Below, in pieces: positions 1 through 18,972 of a DNA stretch of 64,000 nucleotides. Positions within the stretch are counted from its first letter, which is position 1; each line of letters opens with the position of its first letter. This DNA comes from the human T2T-CHM13v2.0 reference genome, Homo sapiens: the NCBI RefSeq assembly GCF_009914755.1, contig NC_060936.1, one strand, 5' to 3'. The notes below the pieces were generated by a model that was not told the DNA's origin, ran no database searches, and worked only from the letters and a program-made list of their open reading frames with translations. Both the position numbers and the translations under genes were made by a program.

Positions 1-42
1 GGCCTTGAACCTTATCCTTCTGCCTCCTCTGTTTCCCAACAG

Positions 43-5106
<5,064 letters not shown>

Positions 5107-6440
5107 AGACCTCACTGTTCCTGGCTCTTCATCCTCTTCAAAAAATTTGCATGTCTGCTGTGAATTTTCATCTAGTTCCCCAATCGATGCTCTCAGGGTC
5201 ATCTCGGGGATCACAGGGATCCTTAAATCTCCATTCTGTTTGTGGTTGCCCCCTCAACCTCCCCTACACCCTTCCTATTCTTTTTCATTCTTCTTGCAGT
5301 TCTGGGAGTAAAGCTCCCAGCATATTTAGATAATAGGGCAGGGGAAGCACCCTCTTTCTTTCTAGACTGGATTATGCTCACATGCTCCCTTGCCCTGACA
5401 TTTTTGTAAATTCTGTGCCCTTTGCTGTAGCTACACTTCAGATTAAAGTAGGAGAAAGAATGTGCTGAGTGTTTTCCTCCCTTTGCCTCTACCTGGCCCT
5501 CATCCCAACAGCCCAGCAAGGGGAGAGAGAAAGAGAATTCTTTTCTATAGAACGAGTGGGGGCGGGGATGGGTAGGGATTTATCCAATCTAAGCCCTAAC
5601 CCCACTTAGTGACCTCAGTGTTTTCTTCCATTCCTTCTTACTGCCCTGTCCTCTGCCTTGGAAGAGGCTTTGGGAATAGTTCATAGGGAAGGGACAACAT
5701 GGAAGAAACAGCGATTTAAATTGTATTGAACAGGGCATATAAAATGCATTCTGTACCCTGATCTGGCATATAGCTTCAAAACTGCAGTGGCGAGTGTCCA
5801 TCTCTTAGTTAGCTACCTTAACTGTCCACCCTTACTACCTGTGGGATCGTTGCCTGGTTTGTCTTCTCTGTGTCCTGGAGCAAAGCCAGTTCCTAAAACT
5901 AAAACTCCATTCTAGTCTTGGGAAGAAAAGTTTCTACTCAGAACTGGGGAAGGAGTGGAACTTATGACTTGGGCCTCTAGGCTGTCTCTGTCCCCTCAGC
6001 TCCCCGACATGCATTTACTCTCTGCCGTGGGTCTGCAGTCGCTGCAACCTACCCTCTCTCTGCCTCAGCCTTACACCCAAGCAGTAGGTCTGTGCTCTCC
6101 CTGTCTCTAGGTCGCTGAGAGAGGTGCTTTTCTTCATAAAACCTTTGGGGTTTGGATTTCCCCAGGAAGATGGAGAATGGAATACTCACTCTTGGGTCTA
6201 ATCTTTCCCCTTGACCCAGAACTTCCTCCCCACAAAAATGCCTTTAAAAACCTTCCTGAGACTTAAGCATTCTGCCCCACTTACTAACTGCCAGTTCTCC
6301 AGCACTGAGGTGGGGCAGATAACGGGGCATATTTAAGGGGGCATCTTTGTGTAAAAGATGCATGGAGTCAGGAGAAAACCACCTTCATAAACTGCTCTGT
6401 GCAAAGAGGAATAAAACATTTTTTCCAAACTGCCTTTGTG
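5107..6440 (+). other. COPZ1: COPZ1 3'UTR
   Basis: Runs from the stop codon to AATAAA at 6410-6415, followed by a GT/T-rich downstream element. The exact end is approximate. Confidence 0.8.
6410..6415 (+). terminator. COPZ1 polyadenylation signal AATAAA
   Basis: AATAAA followed by tttgtgtgatgtttctgttt (GU/U-rich). Confidence 0.8.
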
Positions 6441-8690
6441 TGATGTTTCTGTTTCTCTTCCTCTCTTTTTGGCAGCTACTCCTGTTCCTCCAGCCCCCCG
6501 TCATTCCCCATCTTATAATATTTCTTCCCTCCTACCTCAGAGACTCCTAGCAGTGCCCCCCCATCCCTAATTTACGGGGCTGTTTGCCTCCTTGGCATCT
6601 CTCCGTCCCCTCGCCTGGAAATTGGCGCCAGGGGTGGGGTGGGGATGGTATTTTCTCAGTGGGAGTCCCAGGGAACTGAGTTCTTCCCCCATCACCCCCA
6701 AAGCCAGCTGCCTGCTCCCGCCTCAGCCATTAGTAACCCAGAGACGCGCACCTGCGTGGGGGCTCTTCTCCAGCCCTTGCTCACTTCCTGCACCTCCCAC
6801 TCCTGCTCTGAAACGGCGCTGAGCGGGTTATTTATCGGAGCCAGCGCTGCTCCAGAAGGTCAGGACGGTGGTGTAAATAACCTCTTCTCGCCATTTCCCC
6901 GTCCCTCCAGAGCCTGCTCCCCTCCCCCTCCTCCACCTTTATTCGCACAAATGAATGTGGCTGGGCTGGCGCAGCGCCTGGCCCTGCATCTTAATGGGGC
7001 GGTGAGCTCACAAGATGGATTTAGCTGGGGGTTTTATGGTTGCCGCGGCGACAGAATGCTTTGGTTTTCTTTCCCCCTTCCTCTGCAGGATTTTTAAGGA
7101 GGGGGGAGTGTGGGGAGCCTCTTCTCCACTGCAGTTTGAAGGGTCTCCTCAGTCACCTCTGCCGCTCATAAAATGGACCTGCAATTCCAGGATTAAGCAA
7201 GGGAGACCAAATTAGTATCTCAGATGGGAAAGGATGGGGGAAGGAAGGTAGCAGGAATGGGGAGAGTCTCTCCAGCATCAGAACATGAAACCCAGAGTTT
7301 TCCAGTCTTGCCTGCTCTTCTGTGAAAACCTGACAATTAAGCTCAACAACTATGGGGCACCTGTGCATGGGATACTCCTCAGCAGGTAGAAAAGAAAAAT
7401 ACCTGGGTGTACCACGTCTGCCAACAGTCCTGCATTGAAAGTTGGAGTGCAAGAGTTTGGATAAAGACTAGGTACTTCTTTTGTCTTTGCCTGTCTGAGC
7501 TGGGGAAAAGCAATACTCAGCCTTAACATCCTAATCTTCCTACTCACCACACAGCATTGACCTGGGGGAGGGGCAGTGTCAGTGCCAGAGCTGGGTGGTG
7601 GTGATCTGTGATGGTGTGGAGTTCTATCCAGTTCTCAAACTTGGAATTCTCTGAGCTTCAGTTTCCCCAGCCTGGTCTGGGTTAAACTCCTGCCTTCTGT
7701 TTTCCAGCATGAATGGAACTTTGGTGCCCTGGCCTACCCAGTCTTTTGGCCAGCAATTTTTTTTCAGGGCTATGAGTAAACACATCCCCAAGCACTGACT
7801 GAAGCAGAGCCTGGGAGCAGGGTCTGATTATTTCTTTTCCTTGGTTTCTTTCTGTCTGTAAGCCTCTGTCTTTCTGTTTGTGAGCCTTTCCCTCTTTCCC
7901 AGGGAATGCTGGGAGGCCCCTCCTCCCCTCTCCCCCTTCCTCCCCTTTGGCTGGGAAAGTGGCTACAGCCTGAACAGTGCCAGACACCTGCCTGCCAGAT
8001 GTGGCGATTCCCCATTCTTCCCCCCACCCCCCTATGTCTATTCTTTCCCTACCCCACTGAGCTCAGGCAGAGGGAGCCCCCCAACAGGGTGATTTACTGC
8101 TGCTGCCTCTGTTCCTCAAGTGCCCTCCTCCACTCCTCTCCCTCTCCCTCCCCCTGATGCCCATGCCCCCTCTTTTCCCACAATGTTCTGCAGCTACCTT
8201 CTTGGTACAGCCTCCTCCCACTCCTACTCCAGAGTGCTAGGCTATGTAAACTCCAGCTCCTGGACTAGAGAGTGAATGCATGGGGCAAAGGTGATTAGCC
8301 TTCTGTTTCACCCATGGGAGAGTACATCAGCAACAGGGCTGAGGACAGGGGCAGCCAGAGCTGATGTCATTCTCACTGGGGGAGGAAGAGAGGTGACAGA
8401 GTGGAGGAGGTGAATGGGGAAGGAACCAACACTCCAAGACTGTCTGGAGAGGAGAAAAAGGTCTCTGAGAACTTCCTAGGTAGGTGACAGAGAGTCCAGA
8501 ATTGTGGATGCCTGGTGGACATCACATCTTTCTGGCTGAGCCTCCAGACCTTGTCTTTGAACCTGTATCTCAATATGACTTAAGAGATGCCCCTCAGCTC
8601 CTCCCCTTCACACTGACCCAAAACACACAGAGAGAACTTTAAGTCCGCACCCTTCTCTCTTTAGTGTTTGTCATTCTGTGTCTTTTCTTT

Positions 8691-9445
<755 letters not shown>

Positions 9446-9900
9446 TGATTCCCAGACCTCCCACTAAAGCAGGGACTCATTCAGAGCCTCTTTTCTCCTT
9501 TCCATCTATTCTTGGAATCTTAACTCCCAAAGGTATCCTCTGGGTCAGAACAGGGTTCTGAGGTGGGACTGAGGTAGGAGGGATGGCTGGGCTGAAGAGT
9601 GGCAGAAACAGGACAGATGGAGCAGCGTCCAAAGAATTTGGGGAGGGGCGAGAGGGAGACAAGAAGATGGAAAGAAACAAAATGAGAGAGAAAAAGTGAT
9701 TGAGAGACCGAGGCAGAGGCTGAGAGACGGTGAGAATAACAAACTGGGAGAATGAGAGACACAAAGAAGGAAGGCAAGACTGGGAGCAGAGAAAAAGAAT
9801 AGAGTTGGAAACAGGAAAGTCATAGCAAGAGAAGGCCACTAGGGAGGGGCCAGGCAAAGGGCAGCCTGGCTCTCCGGGGCTCCCTCATGCCATAAGTCCT

Positions 9901-9904
9901 GTGT

Positions 9905-9937
<33 letters not shown>
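9901..9937. repeat. (TG)n microsatellite
   Basis: Directly visible. Confidence 0.9.
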
Positions 9938-12900
9938 CGCATGGCACATTTGCACAGGGGTCTGCGGTATGGATAGGATGATTTCCACAATATTTTTCCA
10001 CTTCTTTCAGCAGTCTCTTTCCTTGAGGCACCCCATACTAGCCCCCCATCTCCCAGTATTCCAGATGCTCAAGGGACCATTCCAAAGGTATTTCCACAAC
10101 TCGGCAATCCTGGCTTTCTCACTTGGAATGCAGGCCTGCTGGAATGTCCAGGATCTGTAGAATGAAGAGCCCCATCCCCTCACTGCCCACCCCCCATGCC
10201 TGCCCACCAGCTGCTCCTGTCTATCTTCTCCCCATTCTCCTTGTATCTCCCCTTCCTCCACACTGACCCCTCCCCCAGCTCTGACCCCCAGCCTGCCTGG
10301 GGCCTGGGTCAGAGGGGAGACAAAGACAGGATTTATCACCAGTATTGAGAAGTAGCCAGAGACCAGGGCTGAGGGCAATGGCTGACCTCCTTCAGATAGG
10401 AGGGAGCACTAGGCCGGATGCCGGGAGGCTGGAAGGCTGGGTTCCAGTGGCTGCTGCTCACAACCCCATTTTCCCACTCCAGCTTTCCTCTCTCCCTTGT
10501 CTCTGAAGACTTGGAAAACAGAGAAGAGTATGACCCTGAGGTGATTTTAGGCCTCTGAAGGAAAACCTGGGAGAAAGGAAGAGATGAGATTGATATCTTA
10601 GGGTTATTCTTTTATGGATATGGAAGAGGATTTGGAAACTAGAGGCAATCAGGCACCAACTGTTTCCAGGGCTGGGAAAGAGTTCAGGCCTAATACTGCA
10701 ACAGATGAGAGGGACTGTCCTCTAATATAGAGAGGGACTTCTCAAGAACAGGCCCTGGTTGCCAGTAGGAAAGGAAATAGGGGTGATTATGGGTCCTGAA
10801 AGGTGGGAGAAACAGTCTCACCTGAAGAAAGAAGAAAGAAATGAAATTTACCAAGGGCTAATTCTAGCTCTAGCCCCTCTGAAAAAGTCTTCTTCCCTAA
10901 GATCCCCAACTCCCTCCTGAGAGGTACAAGGAGCAGCTGGTCCTTTACAGTAAATACACTATTGGCCCGAAATTGTCTCTACTCAGCAGACAGGGTGTGT
11001 GCTTGAGGAGAGGGAACAGTATGATCCAGGAGTTTCCGAGAAACCAGACTGTATATCTTTCAGTGGACAGCTCCCGCAGCTTCTCTAGCTGCCCTTGGAA
11101 GCCCACCACCAGCCCCTCTAGAATCTCAGTGTGTCAGAAGCCTCCACAAACCCAGCTCAGAATCTTTCATGCCCCTTCCAGCCCCTGGCACCCAACTTCC
11201 TGCTTCTTGCCTTTACCCTATTGTCCTGGAAGACGGCTGCTAGAGTTACCTCCGAGTGAGAAGACAGTGGAAGGATGAGAAACTGAGGGATCTGGGAGTT
11301 ACCAATCTACCAGTTTCTCACCACAATCCCACCAAGCATTCCCACCCGGGTCTGGTGAGGGAAAACTTGTGGTCTCTCTTAAACTCCTCTGCAAGCTGAA
11401 ACCATTCTGTCAATTTCTGATGCAAAGCCCAAAATTGGAAATTTTAGTGGGAAGGGGTTGTGGATTGCAAGAGAATGGGAGAGGACAAAAGAATTGGGTG
11501 GAGGGGGGTGGTGTGGGCACACCAAGTAAGGAAGAAACAGGAAAGGGGAGAAGAGAGCATGTCTTTTTTCCTCAGTCCCCCTTCCCCCAGTTGAAGAGGC
11601 AGATTTACAGCCTTGGTTTGGAGAGGGGGTGAGCATAAGGAAGACAGATCTGCAGTTCTGCCCTCTGAGTGTCTGGGTACTTAGCTTTAACTCCCCCATT
11701 AGCATCAATCCCCATCTTGCTGCCCATCCGTCTTCTGACATCAGCTCCTTCCCCTCTCTGTAGCCCAAGCTTTCTGACCCTAAGTGGCTCTTAAAGGGCC
11801 AGTCTAGACCCTTCCCTCCCTCCTGCCACTCCAGGCAGCAGTCTAGTGTATGTACGCATGTGCATTGTGGCCAGCCTTGCTAAGGCCATAGCGGTTGGAG
11901 GGCATGGGGGATGGGGGCGATGTGTGACTCTTCCCCAGCTCTGTTTTCCTTAGGTCTCCCTTATATTATGGACCTCCATCTTTGTTCACTACCCACCCAA
12001 ACCCAGAACAAGCCCTTTCACTGGGTTGGGGGGTCACAGACACATGGCTTCTAGAGCTGAGGGCTGCAGAAGGTATGTGGATCCATAGGCAGATCCACCA
12101 CCCCTTCTCAATTTCCTGGAGGCCCAGAGCAAGGGATGTCAAGAAGTATTGGCTGTTTTTAATTCTCAGCAGCAGTGAGGGTGGGCAGGTTGGAGGCCAA
12201 GACTCCTAGGAGATGCCCTGAGCCCCACATTCCTAGCCTCCTTTCCCAGGGATCCAGGCTGTGGTCTGTGGAGGTGGGGGATTTCAAATCTTCCTTTCCT
12301 GTGAGGATGGTGACAGGCCAGAGAAATCTGCCTCTGAATTTTCTGGCTTATCTCCCCTATTCCTCAGCAACTGAGCTTAAGGGGACAGGGGGGAAATGGG
12401 CTTCTCCCCACCTTCTGCAAAAATGTTGTAACTGCACACTAGGGGCTATACGAATGCCAGGATGCTTGGAAAGTTCCTCCCCTATCTGCCTTCAATCCTT
12501 TCTGCTGCAAAGCTCTGCAGTCCTCTGAGGGGCTCTACAGGATAGTCAACCCCTCTTCCTGATACCTGAAACCCATTCCTCACCTCCGTCTGTGCTTCCT
12601 TCTCTGGCTCAGGAGGAGAGGGAATGTGTGGGTGGGGCCTTGGGAAAATGGCCATGTTAAAAATAGGAGCCCCCAGCTGCACCCCCCAGTGGACCCTTAT
12701 TTATCACCTTCTAAATCTCACTCTCAAAGAAGCATAAATATTCCTAATTCCTGAAGGCCACCCTGGACTCATAAATTTAACTGGGGAGGTGGGCAAGGGG
12801 AGGAGTGAGGTGCATGGGATGGGGAGCTTACTGCAGCCTTGAGGAAGCAGAATATCTCCTGGGGGAGGCGCCTGACTCGTCTGTCCCCTTGCAGACGCCA

Positions 12901-13679
12901 ATGGGTCTTCATAGGGGAGGAGGAGGAGCCTTTCTGTCAATATTTCCGTTGGGGAGTAGTCTTCTCTCACGGCACCTTTCCTCCCTCCCCTAAAAACAAA
13001 CAAAAAACCAAAAACCTACCTTCCTCCTGGTCTTTCCCATTAGTTCTCTGTCGCTCTCCCTCTCTCTTTTCTTTGCTATTACCTTCCAGTTGTCCTTTCC
13101 TGCTTCTCCCTCTCTCTCACCTCCCTATTGCGCCTTTCTCTGTCTTTGCTTCTCTAATGCTTTTCCTTTTCAGAGCCATTGTGTGAAAAGGAAATTTCCG
13201 TCTCTTATTCAGTCTGGATAGTGAGATTTGAAAAGTCCCTCTCTCGATGCCCGATTTCCCTGCTTCAGCCCGTGTGGCCCCTCAAATGTGTCCTTTCTCT
13301 TCATCTCTCCTTCTTTCTTCTCGGATCTTGGACAAATTACCCAACCCCCCATTTAGCTCCTTAACCCTCTCTCTCTTCCCCTGCCTTCCTTCTCTCCTCA
13401 GCCTTCCTTTCTTTCTGTCATCCTTTTGCCCTCTCAGTTTCCCCTTCGTTCCTCAGCTCGGAATCCTCTCTCCCTGTTCAGTCTCCTCTGCTCTCCCTGT
13501 CGGCCCCCATCCACACCCCTCAAACTCGACTCCTCGGCCCATGTGTACCCTCAGACCCCATCATCCCTTCAGTTCCCGTTACCACCACACCCCAGTTTCC
13601 CCTCCCAGTGGACGAAAGAGAAGGGAGGAGGGGGCCTGAGGAACAGGTAGAGGGAGCGCCATTCCTTGAGGGGAGGGAA

Positions 13680-14340
13680 AGAGGGGAAAAAAGCGGGGGA
13701 GAGGAGGAGGGACGCGGCGGGAAGGGGAGGGGAGGGGCATCCTCACTCCTCACTCCCTAGCAGCTGCACCCCCCTCCCCGCGGCTGCTGAGCCATAAATC
13801 AGGGCCAAGGTGGTTTGGCCAATGGTAGAGTGACTCGTAAATCGGCCTGTCAAGCTCAGCCAATGAGAGGCGGCGTTAAATCAAGTTCTGTCAGCGCTTG
13901 GCCAATGAAAGGCCCTGGGCTGACCATAAATCTGCCTGTAAGAGACAGCGAAAGAGAGAGAGCGTGCGAACGAGCAAGAACAGTCCGGGCGGGCGACTGG
14001 GGAGGGGGCGGGGGGAGCGCGGCAGCGGGGATTGGAGAGACGAGCTTAGGAGAAAAAAAAGGCGATAACAGAGGTACAGGAGATGAAGACAGCCTACAGG
14101 AGAGACGGACAGATGGAAAGAGACAAAGAGAGGCAGTGAGAGATAGCGTCAGAAAGTCAGCGATAGAGCTCGGACTCGGGCGAGAGACTGACAGAGATAA
14201 AGAGACAAAGAGAGACAGACAGTGACTCACACTCGTGAGCATAAAGGGCCTCCAAACACACACACATCCCGAGACACGCATGAGCAACGCACCACGAGGG
14301 ACCCAGTGCATGGCCTCACTCGCCAAGCACAACCGCAAGA
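13680..14340 (+). promoter_or_regulatory. Orphan CpG-rich promoter-like element with three CCAAT boxes
   Basis: Local CpG enrichment; CCAAT at 13819, 13860 and 13902; GC box GGGGCGGGG near 14005; no adjacent coding gene. Confidence 0.6.
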
Positions 14341-14789
14341 GAGAGAAGGCCTCAAGAAAGCCTGGCTTTTCTTCAGTTTCATTCCCCTCATTCAGCCCTT
14401 ATTGAAATTAGGGGCTGGGGTGGATGTGTGGGCCGTGGCGGGTGGCTGCTTTTTTGCTAAGATCTGTCCTCTATGGTCTTAGACCCCAGGATTTCCTTCT
14501 GTGTCTCCTGAGTTTTTTTTTTTTCCCCCCAGCGACTGATAATTGGGAAGTCCTTTCTGAGGTCTAACCTCAATCCCTATTGCTTCACCTTTCTACTTGA
14601 CACCGTTGTGATTTGCCTTCTAAGGACATGTAAAGTGAATCCTTTTACAACTCTTCAGAGTTGTCAACTTTCAGAATCTTAGAAGGTCTGAATAGGAAGG
14701 ACAGTTAGGGATCATCTGGACACTTGATCCTAGTTTTAGAAAGGCGGATTTGAGACTCTGCCCTCAAATCACGGTCTTACAACGTACTA

Positions 14790-15050
14790 GGCATTCGGCC
14801 TTGGACAAATTACTTAACCTATTTGTGCTTCAGTTTTCACATTTGTAAGAAAGAAATTATAATAGATACTTCATGGTAATTTTGTGAGGATTACATGAAA
14901 TAATATATGTACAGGGAACTGCACTGGGCACGTGTTAAGAGTACCCCGCACCCCGCTTTGTACAGATGATAAAATCTGAGCCCCAGAGTGGTCCAGAGAT
15001 CTGCTCAAGTTCCGAGAGCTAACTATGAGAGAGCCTTGACTGAAACCTTT
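14790..15050. mobile_element. MIR-like SINE remnants
   Basis: ttggacaaattacttaacct...cagttttcacatttgtaa resembles the MIR core. Confidence 0.6.
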
Positions 15051-15719
15051 GTCTCTACACCCATAAACTGTTGTTCTTCATTGGTCCAACAGTTTACCTG
15101 GACCCCTGCCTTAGTAGCCCCAGCTTGATTTGGTTTAGGCTCCTGTGACTTTCGTGGAAGGAGGACAACCAAAAGTGCATGTTCCATATTAGGAGTCAGG
15201 ATTCCTGGACCCTAGAAGTGTGTTGCATGTGAGGGTATCAATCTGTCCACCCCAACTGTGGTTCTTTCTGCCCTTAATATCTTCAGATTTTACTTTGTTC
15301 TCTCAAACCATGGACTTGGGGGAGGGAGGGGACAACATGCAGCCAGAGCATTAAGGTCAGCATGACTCACATTCCATCCCCAGTGCCACCCCAGTGCCCA
15401 CACCGCTACTTCCCCCAGCCCCACCTCAAGTAGACAGGAATATCTCATGAATAATAAATGTCTCATTCTTCACTTTTCTTCCTAAGCTTTGGGGGAAAGG
15501 GAGGGTGAAGATCCCTGGGTCTCTACTCCCTGGTCAGGGGTCTCTGGATTCCCAGTCCTGCCTTGTGTCCTCAACTGGGAAGCCAGAAAGGAAACGCAGA
15601 GAACCAGCGTCACCTGGTGGCCACAGGTGCTTTAAGGATGTGTGTAAGCACGCACATTGTGACAGGATTTGGTCATTCTGGAGGGAAGGAATGGTATGGT
15701 TTCCTAGCCTGGCCCCTGA

Positions 15720-16386
<667 letters not shown>

Positions 16387-17042
16387 CTGTTCTCTTGCTT
16401 TCATAAGTCCAGATGACAAATGCAAGGCAACTGAGGGCCTGGGACTCAGGTGAATTAGCCCCATGGGCAGGACCCTGCCAGGGCAGCTGGAACCTTTTTC
16501 TGCCTTTGCCTTAACTAAGCTCAGTTCCATTTCTACAGACCAAGGAGTCCTCCTCCATGACCATTCCCTTCGCACAGAGTGAGGGCTGGGGGACTGGACC
16601 CACTGGAGTAGATATCAAAGCTGGATTATAAAACTTTTTTGAGCTGAATAAACTTGTTTGTAGGGATGGCGGATCCTGGCAGCAGTGGTTAGGGGCAGAG
16701 GCCATTTCTGGGAAATTAAACAAAAAGGCAGGCTAATCCTCTTAAATCACCTCACATGTTTTATTACCTAGAAACCCCTCTTCTAAAGGCTATGTCCCAG
16801 GCCAGCTGCTTCCTGCTCCTGCTTTGACCTAGGTACCCCTGAATCCTTAGGTATTAGGTTCCAGCTCCTGGTGGCCACAGGTGCTTTAGGGATATGTGTG
16901 AGCATGCACATGGTGACAGGATTTCGTCATGCAGGAGGGATGGAATAGTATGGTCTCCTCCTAGCCTGGCCCCTGAGCCTAACCGTGACCTGTTTCCTTC
17001 TTCCCCAGAGACCACACCTGAGCATTAAAAGCACAGAATTCA

Positions 17043-17048
17043 TTTATT
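17043..17048 (-). terminator. GPR84 polyadenylation signal AATAAA
   Basis: tttatt on the + strand, about 190 nt after the GPR84 stop. Confidence 0.75.
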
Positions 17049-17240
17049 AATAATTAATAATACTCCTTGGGCAGTCTAGGGCTGAAACATTGATCAAGTG
17101 ATGGAGAGACTTGATTTGGGAGGCTGGGGAGAGATTGTTGTGAAAATGCCCACATGTGTTATTTCACCTATTCTCCTATTACCTGGCCACTTTGGTCCTG
17201 GAGGAGACAGTCCTGAATTCTGGTGACTAGGGTCACAGTT

Positions 17241-18431
17241 CTAATGGAGCCTATGGAAACTCCGGGGCCCTCTTTTTAAAATGGAGCCATATGCTTGGCG
17301 GAATTGGCGGTTCATGGCTGCATAGAGCACAGGGTTGATGCAACCATTGAGCCAGGTGAGGTTGGCAGCAAGCATGTGGACCACCCGGGGAGCCTGGACT
17401 CTGGCATCCAGAATGTTGAGCAGCAAGAAGGGGATGTAGCTCAGGGCAAAGCAGAGGAACACAGCAAAACACATTCGAGTCACCTTCCCAAATTCCGATG
17501 AAGAATCCGGAGCTCTTCTGGCTCCTTTAATTGGCTGGGCTTTGGCAGATGCTTCTGGAGGGCTTTTCTCTGCCATCTGCTTAGCTCTCTTGCTGTTGAT
17601 CTGGTCTCCCACTTCTGATGAGTCCCCTTCCAGGGTCTGGGTGGTGGCAGCACTGACTGGCTCAGATGAAATCCCCTCACTGGGTCCTCCTGATGCTAAC
17701 CTGCTGTCCAGCTCCTGGAAACGACCAGGCATGGCCTCATCAGTCCTGGCCACATGGTTGGAGTGGATGCTTGCCTGTCGCAACTTGTATTGGTCCAGTG
17801 CCTGTGCTGCTCGTTTGACCTGGCGGTGGATGAGGCAATAGAAGATGCCAACACTGCTGAGCCCAAGCACAAAGTAGATGCCCATGAGGATGGTGGTGTA
17901 AGGCCGGCCTCGGATGCGGTCAAAGCTGCAGGTGCAGACTACAGGTACCAGGATATAAATAGGCCAGAGGGGAGCAAAGCTGGCCACGCCCACAACCCAG
18001 GTGCTCACCAGTGCCAGCACTATCCCCTTGGCACTGAAAACTTGGGGAAAAAGCTTAGGGTGGGCAATGAGGAGGTAGCGTCCCAGTGCGATGAGGCAGA
18101 GGGTCAGGATGGAGACAGAATTGGAGGCAAAAAGGAGGAGCCCAAATACCCTGCAGAAGGTGGCACCGGTGCGCCAGTGCAGGTGGAGGTAGGTGTCCAC
18201 AGAGAAGGGCTGAAGGAGCGTGCAGTAGAGGAGATCAGCCAGTGTGAGGTTGGCTATGAGCAGGTTGAATCGGGTACGGAGCTTGGGCTGGATGGCCAAG
18301 GCCAGTAGGGTGAGCACATTGCCCACGGTGCCTGTCACAGCCACCACCACCCCCCAGCTAACTGCAACATAACGATAGCCCAGCACAGACTCATGGTAGC
18401 AGGAGAAGTTGGCGTCAGAGCTGTTCCACAT
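17241..18431 (-). CDS. GPR84: G protein-coupled receptor 84 (class A, medium-chain fatty acid receptor), 396 aa, single coding exon
   Basis: ORF MWNSSDANFSCYHESVLG...RSFHRLH with 7 hydrophobic segments, GN in TM1, LADLL in TM2, GRY (DRY variant), a long ICL3 and NPVLY in TM7. Splice acceptor AG at 18441-18440 just upstream of the ATG. Confidence 0.98.
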   Translation of the reverse strand: MWNSSDANFSCYHESVLGYRYVAVSWGVVVAVTGTVGNVLTLLALAIQPKLRTRFNLLIANLTLADLLYCTLLQPFSVDTYLHLHWRTGATFCRVFGLLLFASNSVSILTLCLIALGRYLLIAHPKLFPQVFSAKGIVLALVSTWVVGVASFAPLWPIYILVPVVCTCSFDRIRGRPYTTILMGIYFVLGLSSVGIFYCLIHRQVKRAAQALDQYKLRQASIHSNHVARTDEAMPGRFQELDSRLASGGPSEGISSEPVSAATTQTLEGDSSEVGDQINSKRAKQMAEKSPPEASAKAQPIKGARRAPDSSSEFGKVTRMCFAVFLCFALSYIPFLLLNILDARVQAPRVVHMLAANLTWLNGCINPVLYAAMNRQFRQAYGSILKRGPRSFHRLH

Positions 18432-18972
18432 GATAGAGGCTAAAGAGGCAGAGGGTGGAAGAGGAAGAGGGAATCAGAACCTAGCATTCAACTTAGATCT
18501 CTTGAACAGTTCTGGGACCCTGGACATCTAAACTGTTCCTGGACCTCACCTTAATTCAGTATCCTCCTGAACCATTCCCAGGCCTCTTCATCTCAAGATC
18601 CCTAACTCTCTCCTTAGGTTCTCTTAGTCCTTTCCCATTCTCAAATATTTCCCCAAGTTTTTATCTAAATATCTCTTGCCTAAATATCTTAGTCTTATTC
18701 TGCTCCAAACCTCAGTCCTCTTCTATATCCATCCCGCTGCTCTCAGTAAACCCAGTGCCCTCCAACTTTTTTAATTCCTTCCCCATCCCCAAAGACCCCC
18801 AGGAGTCCCCTCTCTCTATTCAGCATCGTGTATTCAGGATCCTCTCTGTATTCAGTTCCCTCTGCTCCTTTCCACTACACACACATATAGGCTTTAGTCA
18901 TTTCTGTTTGTTACCACCTGGGAGATGAGGAGACCAAGAAGGTAAAAGTATACCCACAACAAAAGTGCTTAC

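Noticed and set aside
8250-8485. Possible first exon of an antisense lncRNA (donor AG|GTAGGT at 8480); I recall a GPR84 antisense RNA at this locus
   Set aside because: Exon structure cannot be supported from sequence alone.
14083-14140. 18-codon ORF MKTAYRRDGQMERDKERQ downstream of the orphan promoter
   Set aside because: Lies in GA low-complexity sequence with no coding evidence.
17754-18308. 184-aa plus-strand ORF (and neighbours) antisense to GPR84
   Set aside because: Shadow of a GC-rich coding strand with no recognisable domain.
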